Shown here one piece after another: positions 32,001-37,348 of a DNA stretch of 58,431 nucleotides. Source of the stretch: a virus; IMG/VR virus record IMGVR_UViG_3300035665_000039, positions 1-58,431 of that record. One strand, 5' to 3'. The translations under genes were made by a program, and so were the position numbers. The notes beneath the pieces are model-generated. The model made no database searches and was not told where the DNA came from. It saw only the letters and a list, made by a program, of their open reading frames with translations. Position 1 is the stretch's first letter; every line of letters starts with the position of its first letter.

Positions 32001-34703
32001 GGCACGTTTGCTGACCGCCTGGGCCATCAAGGCCGGGGCCTCTTCATCGAACTTGGCGTCGTCGTACCCGAACTCGGCTTGGAACTCGCCCTTGCGTTCT
32101 TGGTTGAACACCTCGAGCAGTGCAGCGTTGAGTTGCTTGCGACGCTCTGCAGGTAGGCCATGCAAGCCTTCGTGCATGGCAATCGACAGCGGCGCGTCAT
32201 CCGCATTGGCGTCGATGAAGATGTGCTTGCCGCCCAGGCGGTTGATGAACCCATTGGGCATGCCGGCCGGGTCACCTTTGACCGCACGGACCACCGTCAG
32301 CGTGTTGCCCATCAGGCGGGCTACCGTGCTTGCCAGACGCTGCGAATCGCTCAGGTCCGCAGGCGAGATCGCTTCGACGGTTACACCGCGTCGCTTCTCG
32401 AGCTGGGTCTGGACGTTCTGAAGCGTTGTCGCGGGCGCGGGTAGCGCGAGTCTCAGTCCGGCACGTTCAGAATCAGACAGTTGGACTTGCGCTGCGGGGG
32501 CTTGGCCTCCTGCAACAATGCCGCCTTGTGCGGCACCCATTGCTTGCTCTTGTTGCTGTCCTTGCGTTTCTGCTTGCTGGGCTTGAGTGGCTTGAGTGCC
32601 AAGGCTGCTCTCCTGAGGATAGCCGGCCAGTCGGAATTTGCCGTTGGGCATCTGCTCGATGGACCACGACAAGTCTTTGAACATGCGCTGCCGGCTGGGT
32701 AGCGCTTGCTCCGCATCCATGAGCGTGACGTATCCGTCACCGCGTCGGCCCGTCCAGATCTCGGTCGGGACTACAGCATTGTTATCTTGTCCGATCGCGG
32801 CTTCCGTGCGGGCCAGCAGGTCCGCATCCGATGCGCGAGGGATCGGGCTCGTGCTCGTCAGATTGGCAAGTCGTTGAGGGGCTCCGCCTCGAAGAGCATC
32901 ATCTTGTTGATCGGCCCCTCGAATTCCTGCGAGAGCTCCACCCGGCACCCCGGCGGCGAGATCAAGATCACGTCCTGCAGCATCCACGCCTCGTTGGTCG
33001 AGAGCACTCGTGCGTCCAGCGCCTCCTGCAAGTGGGGGTAGAGTTGAGCCTGGCGTGCTGACATCACTACCTCCGATGATGGCCGGCGCATCGGGCACCG
33101 GAATGACGATATCCACCAGGCCGGCGCGCTGAGTCGCTGAACCTGGCTCAGTGAAGTTGGTGAGGCGTGCTGCTTGTGCGGCCTCCTGTGCGCGACTGGC
33201 GGCACCCAGCACGCTGAAAGGTGCGGAGGTAACGAGCGCCTGGCCCATCGCCTCGGGGACGCCCTCGGTTAGCTTGACGTTCGGGTCGACTGTCCTTGCG
33301 ATGACATTTGAGACAGCTTGTGTACCACCTTCTTCAGCCTGTTCGCCAAGCAAGTCTCGGATAATGGTTTTCCCCACGCCGGAAGCAGTAAGAGCTTGCG
33401 CAGTGGCCGTGCCCAAACCTCGAGTTGCGATCGCAGCTTCGGCGCCCGCAAAACCAAGCAACCCAAGCGGGAAAGCTACAAGCGCAGCCATTCTGGCTTT
33501 AGTGGTTGAGAGGTCTTCAATCGCTTGCTGCGGCGTCTTGCCCTCGGCAACCATGCGTTGAAAGTCAGGGTTCTTTTCCCAGACTGATAGCGGGGTTTGC
33601 GTTGGGTCGGTGAGCTTTTCATAGACACTGCCAGCAGCATCGCCGCCAGCCATGGTCATAGCCGCAGCTCTGCCCCCTGCCACCGCTCCGGTTGCACGCG
33701 CGCCTGCTTGTATTGCTCCGCCGGTGATCGCGTCACTGAAAGCTACTGCGGGGCTCACACGGCTCGCTACGTTGACACCAGCACCACCAGCTGCGGCACC
33801 CAGGCGCGAAGCGCCCAAGACACCCAGGAACATGGGCACTTGCTTGGCGGCTTCGGAGATGGTGAGCGCGGGGCTCGTGACGAGCTGCACGACCGTTGCC
33901 GCGTACTTGTCGAAGAAGCCCTCTTCCTGCTGCACACGCTGGCGCAACTGGTCGCGCTGAGCTTTGAGCACGTCGCTCTCGGCGGCCTGCCATTCCTTCT
34001 GAGTCTGGCGAAGCGTCTCAGCGATGTCGCTACTCGGGGCGATGATGTTGATCGGGAGCTGAGCCAGGGAGATGGCGCCTTGCGATAGGCCCGAAAGCGT
34101 ATCGATTGCCCACTCGCCTGCGCTTCGAAACTCGTCCGCCTTCGCATCGCGGACCATGTCCTGTACGACTGGCCGATTCGTGCGCTGAATCATGTCGTCC
34201 AGCGACGGAACCTTCTGCTCTTCCATCGACTGAGCGACCTTGGCGACGATCGGACTCGAGGGCCTGGCTCGACCTGCGCGGACGTCGGCCGCCTGTTGTA
34301 CGGTCTGCGTGCTGATCGGCCCGGCACCCAGCGATAGGCGCTGATCGATCGACGCTTGGCGCTGCTCGGCGGTGGGCTGATAGCCCTCCATGACGCTGGG
34401 CTTGGGCGCCGGCTTGAATACGTCAGTGAGGCGCGCAATCAGTCCGCGATTGTCCGCGGGAGGAGGCGTGCCTTGCATCGATGTGGCCGCGTCGCCGAAG
34501 TCAGTGCCGGCGATCTCAGGCGCCTGAGGGCGCTTGATCGAGGTGTCTACCAGGAACTGGCCGCGTGCCAGGTCGATGTCTTCGGTTGGAACTTGAGGAG
34601 CGATGACCTCATCAAAGTATTGACGACGCGCCTCTTCCTGCTGTTCGTAGGAGAGGGCCTGGAATGCGGAACTTGCCGCTACGTCAGACCACTTCTTTGC
34701 CAT
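23049..34703 (-). CDS. Giant multidomain (polyvalent-type) virion protein, 3,884 aa
   Basis: An uninterrupted 11.6-kb ORF. Recognisable modules: HExxH (MHEGLH, 32160-32177); a zeta-toxin-like P-loop kinase (GGGGAGKS, 30762-30785); an ART-like domain (FKRWFGDSKVVD...VVYHGT..., 25839-26204); and Gly/Ala-rich hydrophobic segments at both ends. Confidence 0.85.
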   Translation of the reverse strand: MAKKWSDVAASSAFQALSYEQQEEARRQYFDEVIAPQVPTEDIDLARGQFLVDTSIKRPQAPEIAGTDFGDAATSMQGTPPPADNRGLIARLTDVFKPAPKPSVMEGYQPTAEQRQASIDQRLSLGAGPISTQTVQQAADVRAGRARPSSPIVAKVAQSMEEQKVPSLDDMIQRTNRPVVQDMVRDAKADEFRSAGEWAIDTLSGLSQGAISLAQLPINIIAPSSDIAETLRQTQKEWQAAESDVLKAQRDQLRQRVQQEEGFFDKYAATVVQLVTSPALTISEAAKQVPMFLGVLGASRLGAAAGGAGVNVASRVSPAVAFSDAITGGAIQAGARATGAVAGGRAAAMTMAGGDAAGSVYEKLTDPTQTPLSVWEKNPDFQRMVAEGKTPQQAIEDLSTTKARMAALVAFPLGLLGFAGAEAAIATRGLGTATAQALTASGVGKTIIRDLLGEQAEEGGTQAVSNVIARTVDPNVKLTEGVPEAMGQALVTSAPFSVLGAASRAQEAAQAARLTNFTEPGSATQRAGLVDIVIPVPDAPAIIGGSDVSTPGSTLPPLAGGAGRTSALDQRGVDAAGRDLDLAAGVPGGALAGIRGADQQDDALRGGAPQRLANLTSTSPIPRASDADLLARTEAAIGQDNNAVVPTEIWTGRRGDGYVTLMDAEQALPSRQRMFKDLSWSIEQMPNGKFRLAGYPQESSLGTQATQAQQAETQGQQQEQAMGAAQGGIVAGGQAPAAQVQLSDSERAGLRLALPAPATTLQNVQTQLEKRRGVTVEAISPADLSDSQRLASTVARLMGNTLTVVRAVKGDPAGMPNGFINRLGGKHIFIDANADDAPLSIAMHEGLHGLPAERRKQLNAALLEVFNQERKGEFQAEFGYDDAKFDEEAPALMAQAVSKRADFWEELRTKMGNKEFAEVAKVILSKLTQIVTGAKKEYGDEFVSKYIKDVERARSLLTDAYAEAMKAQGLKPDVATDVAESSRSRIGMDFKDVIKRTPELQEGMRALQAGEITKQDYDRLVNEYKPVEPYETVPDPVTPEAAKFALANGRGQSAEKAAKFGLPSQVFKLGEAAQLRLDIPSYSEHGAWVVSVHRPDGKSFGAGTVIGYEPVASVTNVRFGMLEKSAAKIAAGANKGTIATIMGDWKPTSSAEAKMKADQALKSKDWVQVGMDPERHSYFYDRSTMEPVISADEVIQIGPLVLAKNPVYGDKADFMFSNKAGGNINDKLQARIDGDFDAAVAEYSALPGAQDGKLIDTDLVRELSPDYRADKTRAAEVHDAASNMTQRMFEARVDAAPRKSSVLFMAGGGGAGKSSADTLLSKVQDSVHTILDGTLSSYDKARRNVQRVLDRGQRVVIAYIYREPEEALVNGVLTRAMKTRRAVPLDALVKGHAGSSEVVRKLQDEFGDNPNFALYAIDNSRGPGKAALLPLQSITPVIKSGLKERLLNATETEYQAGRIDDAIYQATIEGFPDAAGAARGEALAAEDGQGLPGSAQGRSGSVGQRDAVSSSAGRYKFTKDEKGRIVFTKDADRIRFLARDVAKPFKVDGDRITFRSDDADKVIEVLEKEPKVDKKIASAIKKKLGLSDAELASTSLEYQTGEPKDRAFVAPLKGGIPEVVKFLEDRRRASGLRLLDIANPEDQDTVAKLMAAETLAAIRSAGNALEWYDETIARTLAMAAVKYPELQSDRNAQMIFRLAMAITSQGLNVENNLKFTMRQYDTYRKTGKYPEVGEGDSASVMVGNFKLANALIDEMGIDLFRQFLVTPFTIGELNRAGFEPGGELIDEMVLGSSVFGPKIGFGFYSNLNGNFEPVTMDMWFMRTIGRLTGSLRAFDAEKFSAQLSRLRGALDQTGTDGVYADQFDAELVARAREDQDAAIELARQVGKAHEKDFKNNRAEFDAGTRKKSQLVLASDTMVQSLDKPRDVPASGGERRLLREVVRKAVAQVEKAYGQRIPPAAMQALIWYPEQELYKAMGVKLSVTSQDYAGATEKVLKQEGYDEQRLRTAAESGSRSIRQTNAADVGQGSQSAGQEAGRSGPLETGERERFIRDRYERTQLAQERLDPKRRAVVFEVAPDPNNAALTETWRSLDPAQRLAISDRVARTIVPRVLAEFNTDGILAEQVGSYLDDTNPSFALLLNKGDPVEISKMLGFVLAQDSMVVVSPKEFKGGDKNTALVIQVGDKTPQEIEVIYNQLREIEVNGEKPIGGQSYANGGMTVLNFSDVPTSELAILVDQKLNKAYSVLTREVFAAFPSKQEYDYASSTNDGRGSRAVLRQRARDLRSEATAALEQELRAEGIEFSNRSDATSAAGVGRSSEEEVRGVIPEYGAPREGATSAVGYHYSRQSRTTLLSTAYGTGLKGAEMARLEGSDPRLKQRVYFYLDRGTGINPEAGVGGFAHRVRLQNLYDMGADSQRLARNNRGANAFELAVMNAGFDGYMTRDAGPSGVAVLLGKHMVGVQQLGSQTRMRTDDIVPPAERVLSDAEKIAANRSLPAGRMDGTEWSRMIKAMMPEVYAQFEDSPVWSSTAPMYKDELARKLDEEDSIAASERRRLPKVSPQSALEADIRNGARALTRAINRLRADPSYGLNPEPVVLGRLPHVMNMLGASTQDLQIAPSIIRKVFVDKHAEEFASITPEQFVRGLYRPALVLQSRQSPNEKELVLPMTGDIGAIFVPITVADSNSRSNAYINSAYQRRIVDPGDRNADTILRRINEGAARYVDLALAKPALTGRPDVGVVDESGSQRSGPVPVTPPSASTSQMLSQAGRPFNKFFTPWPAVAPKLRSMIADRKVKSDMDLMRWIGDNYRAESSPQGLADTPAFSNRAQTETPAFKRWFGDSKVVDAEGKPLVVYHGTNNDFNEFRPSQKFGDAYFASESKSYANAMATGDGGNVMPVFVSMKNPRVISFSEYSADALDRAMTDGSVDGLIAVDENGVKQVIVAFDSTQIKSASGNRGTFDPKDPDITASNRRQRLSVIGGRFRLPAPSMTDDARRALQDDALRMKRVIDAVREQGGTVTEAQNFYDANTLMPGRIQAAMDDFKSQIVQPMIDKAVSYDIDLDELALYAYAKHAEERNDYIASINQRMPDGGSGMKTADANTILQQVQSGPKAQQYEELHRDLMTIASTTRQIMLAEGLITQDEFTALDGAYQNYIPLRGLENVDDEGRMRPGVGRGVNIRGKETIRAMGRRSRASDLIENVIRDYERVVMRVEKNDVGKVLLDFVLSNPDPDLWDVDVERTKPAFNKATGLVQYTRQIEKGDDTIGVKVGGQQVYIKLADPDLARALRQAWKDETSGFERAVVAMSGWWNNWMRNMLTRYNPAFAAINIPRDALWSGTTAALAELGPKGLARYLASYGAALVQSSKSELGAQTSQLYQEFRNAGGITGGFYIRGLEDIEKDLRNEMLAAGAKPRGAIERIKAARTYKLARLTLKALEFLGAASENATRFALYSAAKQSGRTRVQAALLAKNGTTNFNRKGEWGGALNNLYLFYNAAVQGTAQFARVLRSPAVAGAMAGVAGIGAMLAFYGASAGGEDDDGEAYWDKIPGYVKERNMVIMLPPGEPLADGIQRVGKRGRYFTIPVQFGFNIFPNLGYVIADSVRNQEDPRRGLTPTKAALHMTSVVFGSINPFGGSFDPTDGVQVLLAAMPTIADLPIQLVSERNTFGTRSSPERSPFDTKPDSERMFTSSQGTVPAKIAAALNRLGGGNEAKPGSIAGVETSVTPGTIQTLISATTGGLGSFIEQMGSSILAMTGDDKDIKAAKIPVLNKFYGEVDEAANIRSAGERSREIGKVVDEVKQQARVGLEPKLTDDEKRLLGLASLADAYDNAISQMRKAEIQVIRDEKMTEAQKTLERRKILVARDQMATEVNREYLKSLEAPRKP
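25839..26204 (-). other. ADP-ribosyltransferase-like domain of the giant protein (polyvalent-protein ART type)
   Basis: The motif FKRWFGDSKVVDAEGKPLVVYHGTNNDFNEF...GDAYFASE...VMPVFVSMKNP matches what I recall for ART domains of phage/plasmid polyvalent proteins. Confidence 0.55.
27728..27919 (-). CDS. Embedded +1-frame small ORF C (63 aa, MPVRPMTDEEAERYFGNGLVIFGQKRPQPSS...QQALEEALKRKFGE)
   Basis: AGGAG (27931-27927) with a 7-nt spacer before ATG 27919. GC3 is about 71% versus about 46% in the giant frame (hand count). Its own promoter is at 27972-28000. Confidence 0.5.
   Translation of the reverse strand: MPVRPMTDEEAERYFGNGLVIFGQKRPQPSSKSSEPKESSSATDPMQPAQQALEEALKRKFGE
27972..28000 (-). promoter_or_regulatory. 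Internal promoter TTGACC-N17-TATAGT inside the giant gene
   Basis: -35 at 28000-27995, -10 at 27977-27972, exact 17-nt spacer. Sits in a short AT-rich island of an otherwise GC-rich gene, about 50 nt upstream of ORF C. Confidence 0.55.
28511..28702 (-). CDS. Embedded +1-frame small ORF B (63 aa, MNNDSAQQPNLDQEAFDKRMQQMSDKDRKALVKKLGDLARSK...)
   Basis: GAGGG (28712-28708) with a 5-nt spacer before ATG 28702. GC3 is about 71% versus about 43% in the giant frame. Confidence 0.45.
   Translation of the reverse strand: MNNDSAQQPNLDQEAFDKRMQQMSDKDRKALVKKLGDLARSKLGSGSDSSATDTSAPSSPKKD
30179..30361 (-). CDS. Embedded +1-frame small ORF A (60 aa, MQPKPNTKPAVSTTPSTKQPSKDSLTPQEQLEAKLWRQKMDKAFQEALKDG...)
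   Basis: AAGGAGAG lies upstream (GGAG 30375-30372, 10-nt spacer) of ATG 30361. GC3 is about 78% versus about 44%. Starts right after the zeta-like domain. Confidence 0.45.
   Translation of the reverse strand: MQPKPNTKPAVSTTPSTKQPSKDSLTPQEQLEAKLWRQKMDKAFQEALKDGADLSGKETP
30386..30405 (-). promoter_or_regulatory. Perfect operator TATCAC-AGGC-GTGATA (30390-30405) overlapping an extended -10 (TGATAAAAT, 30394-30386) inside the giant gene
   Basis: Read directly. Same operator/-10 geometry as the 9057 and 12463 promoters. No good -35. Confidence 0.45.
30430..31010 (-). other. Zeta-toxin-like P-loop kinase domain of the giant protein (approximate limits)
   Basis: The sequence KLIDTDLVRELSPDYRAD...AAEVHDAAS...VLFMAGGGGAGKSS...VVIAYIY fits the pattern of zeta-toxin/AAA_33-type kinases. 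Confidence 0.55.
32858..33064 (-). CDS. Embedded +1-frame small ORF D (68 aa, MSARQAQLYPHLQEALDARVLSTNEAWMLQDVILISPPGCRVELSQEFEGPINKMMLFEAEPLNDLPI)
   Basis: GGAGG (33074-33070) with a 5-nt spacer before ATG 33064. GC3 is about 88% versus about 36% in the giant frame over the same bases. Ordinary, non-junk composition. Confidence 0.55.
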   Translation of the reverse strand: MSARQAQLYPHLQEALDARVLSTNEAWMLQDVILISPPGCRVELSQEFEGPINKMMLFEAEPLNDLPI

Positions 34704-34706
34704 GAT

Positions 34707-35687
34707 TTACTTCCAAAGATTGCTGTAGTTCTTGCTCGCCGACGGGGTCGTGCTAGGTGCTGCAGAAGCTGCCGGGGTTGCTGCCGGCGCTGCGGAAGGG
34801 CGGCTGGCTTCCCACTTTTTCCGGGCTTCAAGGAGCTCGGTGAGTTCGCTCTGCAGACGGATCTTGTCTTCGCCAAACGACTTGCCGATCTGCGTGCGCA
34901 ACGTGCGCTCGCGGGTCGTGAAGTCAGCACCCGTACGGTATTCCTGACCACGGACGGTTGCGCTCGGCCGGTTGGCGGTTGTCGTCGCCGCGTCGGCGCG
35001 CTGCTGGTCGGTTCTATTCTGCGACGACATGCGCTCGATCAATGCGTCGGTGCGCCTGCCTTGCATGGCAAGGCTTTCTTCTTGCTGAGACAGCCTGCGG
35101 TCTTGTTGCTCAAGTCGCCGGGTTTCGCGAGCTTCTTTGTTTTCTTCCACGATCTGCTTGAGCACGGCCTCACGCTTCTTGCTGTAGGCCTCAATCACTG
35201 ACGAGTGAGCGCCCATTTCAAGCGCTACTTGCGACTCGTCGTCGGCTCTCTGCAAGCGCGTATCCATGCGCTTCTCAATCAGTCCAGCCTTCTCGTAGAC
35301 CTCGCGATTGCGCGGATCAGCAAGCAATTTCTTGAAATCCTCCTCAGACCCCATCTCGCCGCCGCTGGTCATAGACGAAGCAGTCATCAGACGTGACAAA
35401 TCTTGAGCCCCGAGCTCGCCCTCGCGCTTGGCGGCACGATCTGCCGCCTTTGTCGAGACGTCGGCAGACTCTCGAGCAACCCGTTGCCTCAGCGCTTCTG
35501 CCCTCGCGTCTTCACGTTCAGCCTTGATGCGGTCAGCCTCTTCCAGTCGCTTGAGCGCAGACTCCTCCCGGCGTTGCTCAGCCTCGAGCTGACGCTGGTA
35601 CTCGATGTCCTTCATGATGCTGCCGGCAAACGCCTGGCCAGCTCCGGCGATACCTTGCCCGATACCGGACCAAATCAATCCGCTCAT
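34707..35687 (-). CDS. Internal virion/ejection-type protein, charged coiled-coil (326 aa)
   Basis: Gly-rich N-terminus followed by E/R/K/Q-rich helical sequence. Position between the lysis genes and the giant protein. Confidence 0.6.
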   Translation of the reverse strand: MSGLIWSGIGQGIAGAGQAFAGSIMKDIEYQRQLEAEQRREESALKRLEEADRIKAEREDARAEALRQRVARESADVSTKAADRAAKREGELGAQDLSRLMTASSMTSGGEMGSEEDFKKLLADPRNREVYEKAGLIEKRMDTRLQRADDESQVALEMGAHSSVIEAYSKKREAVLKQIVEENKEARETRRLEQQDRRLSQQEESLAMQGRRTDALIERMSSQNRTDQQRADAATTTANRPSATVRGQEYRTGADFTTRERTLRTQIGKSFGEDKIRLQSELTELLEARKKWEASRPSAAPAATPAASAAPSTTPSASKNYSNLWK

Positions 35688-36241
35688 GCTGCGGGCTCCT
35701 CTTCCGTTTCCATGGCCATTGCGTCGAACTCAGCGGGATCGACCTGGTCCATGGCTTGCTGCAACTGGGTGGTGTCGACGCCCTGCTCTCCCAGGTATCG
35801 AAGGATCATTTGCTTGAGCGCGAGAGCGACATCGGCCGGGCGAATCTGGACGCCGGCGGCCTCGGCGATATCGGCAACTTCCTCGAGAATCTTGGTCGCA
35901 AGCAGCGCGAAGTACTCGTCGGGCACGCGCCCTTCGGTGCGCTCGTCTACGATCGCGGTGATTTCGTATGCAGTGTTGGCCAAAGACTCGACGGGGTCCT
36001 GAGCGCCGCGCAGTGACTTGGCGACATTCTTGGCCGCTTCCTTCTCGTACAACACATCCATCGCGAAAGCGAGCGCCTGAATGTAGTTGGGGTCGTCTGA
36101 GCCCTCTTCCATTTCCTCGCCAGGCATCATCTCCTGCTGCTTGGCCATACCCTCGTCAGGCACAGGAGCTTGGCTCATGGCGTCTTCGACGTTTTGGTCC
36201 TGGGTCTGCTGACCCATTGCGTTGCTAACTAATCCGGCCAT
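35684..36241 (-). CDS. acidic virion-module protein (185 aa)
   Basis: ATGA overlap. Strongly acidic termini. Confidence 0.6.
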   Translation of the reverse strand: MAGLVSNAMGQQTQDQNVEDAMSQAPVPDEGMAKQQEMMPGEEMEEGSDDPNYIQALAFAMDVLYEKEAAKNVAKSLRGAQDPVESLANTAYEITAIVDERTEGRVPDEYFALLATKILEEVADIAEAAGVQIRPADVALALKQMILRYLGEQGVDTTQLQQAMDQVDPAEFDAMAMETEEEPAA

Positions 36242-36251
36242 GATCTACCCC

Positions 36252-36899
36252 TTAACCTGCGTTAGGACCCCAAAGACGGGCGCCGACGTTGGCGTTGTAA
36301 CGATTGCGCTCAGCCGCGGCGAGCTTGAGCTGCTCTTTCTGCTGCTGCTGTGCGCCGTAACCCTGCATGGCGCCGCCGATGAGCTGAGTGCCGCCGCTGA
36401 TCAAGGCGGGGGCGGTGTAGGGGCTAGCCATGATCGAGCTGACAAGACCTTTGCCGGCTGCACCAGTGGCGCCCGCTGCTTCAGTCCCCAGCACCTGTAG
36501 GCCGGTCGAGCTCGTCATCCAGGGGCTCGCGGCGCTAGACACAGCGGGCGCAGCTCCGGCGGCTGCCGATGCGCCAGTAGCGACAGAGCTCGCGCCGCCG
36601 GTAAAGCCTTGTGAGAGCGCAGTGCCAGCGCCACTCAGGTTGCCACCCGTGAGCGCAGTAAACGCGTTGCCAATCCCGGACGCTGCGCTCGAGAGTCCCG
36701 AGCTCATGCCCGACAGGAAGCTTCCGCCGGCAGCCGACGAGCCGAATCCGCCCATCAGCGCCGCGCCACCGAAGTAGACCGCGGCTGCGGTCAGCAGGAT
36801 CTTTCCGAACTTGGATGAGGCAACCTTCTTCACGACATTGCCAACGCCTTTGACGACCTTCCCGATCGCGCGGCCTACGCCTTTGACGACCTTACTCAT
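36252..36899 (-). CDS. Gly/Ala/Ser-rich internal virion-type protein (215 aa)
   Basis: Starts at the motif ATG with GAGGAG upstream. Low-complexity G/A/S sequence with a hydrophobic stretch. Confidence 0.6.
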   Translation of the reverse strand: MSKVVKGVGRAIGKVVKGVGNVVKKVASSKFGKILLTAAAVYFGGAALMGGFGSSAAGGSFLSGMSSGLSSAASGIGNAFTALTGGNLSGAGTALSQGFTGGASSVATGASAAAGAAPAVSSAASPWMTSSTGLQVLGTEAAGATGAAGKGLVSSIMASPYTAPALISGGTQLIGGAMQGYGAQQQQKEQLKLAAAERNRYNANVGARLWGPNAG

Positions 36900-37348
36900 T
36901 GTGATACTCCTCGGACGTAGGACAGGTTGAGGCTCTCGCGCGCGAAACCTAATCTCTTGAGATAGCGAACAAGCCGCGGATCTGCGCCGGGCTCGAGCTC
37001 GATGATTGCCAGCTTAATGCCGGATCGGCCCTTGACCCACTCGGCAAACCGCCGAAGCAGGCCGACACCGGCCATCGGCACACGGGTGAAGTAAAGCAAG
37101 ACCGAGCACTGCAGCTTTTCAAACCAGAACGACGGCTGCACACAAGCGGCAACCGCGGCGACCACCTTACCCTTGCTCTCGGCCACCCACAAAAAGTGCG
37201 CGGGGTTGAGCAGCGTGCGAGCGGTTTCAGCCATTGCCTCGCGGTCGATCTTGACTGGCAGCGGATCGCGAGAGACGGACTCGACTGCGATGTCCACGAT
37301 CGCGGAGACGTCGTCCAGGCGGGCCTTGCGATACACGATCGTGCTCAT
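36896..37348 (-). CDS. GNAT-family N-acetyltransferase (150 aa)
   Basis: The sequence VAESKGKVVAAVAA...VPMAGVGLLRRFAEWVKGRSGIK...RYLKRLGF fits the acetyl-CoA-binding pattern. ATGA overlap upstream. Confidence 0.65.
   Translation of the reverse strand: MSTIVYRKARLDDVSAIVDIAVESVSRDPLPVKIDREAMAETARTLLNPAHFLWVAESKGKVVAAVAACVQPSFWFEKLQCSVLLYFTRVPMAGVGLLRRFAEWVKGRSGIKLAIIELEPGADPRLVRYLKRLGFARESLNLSYVRGVSQ
36897..36906 (-). repeat. TATCACAATG motif copy (ATG is the start of 36252-36899; also encodes the GNAT C-terminus VSQ-stop)
   Basis: Exact 10-mer on the minus strand. Confidence 0.95.

Noticed and set aside
32453-32740. A fifth +1-frame ORF (95 aa) in the giant gene.
   Set aside because: It has a GTG start, no SD and an R/S/K/C-rich composition, so it does not meet the criteria of the other four. 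It could be revisited if comparative data support it.
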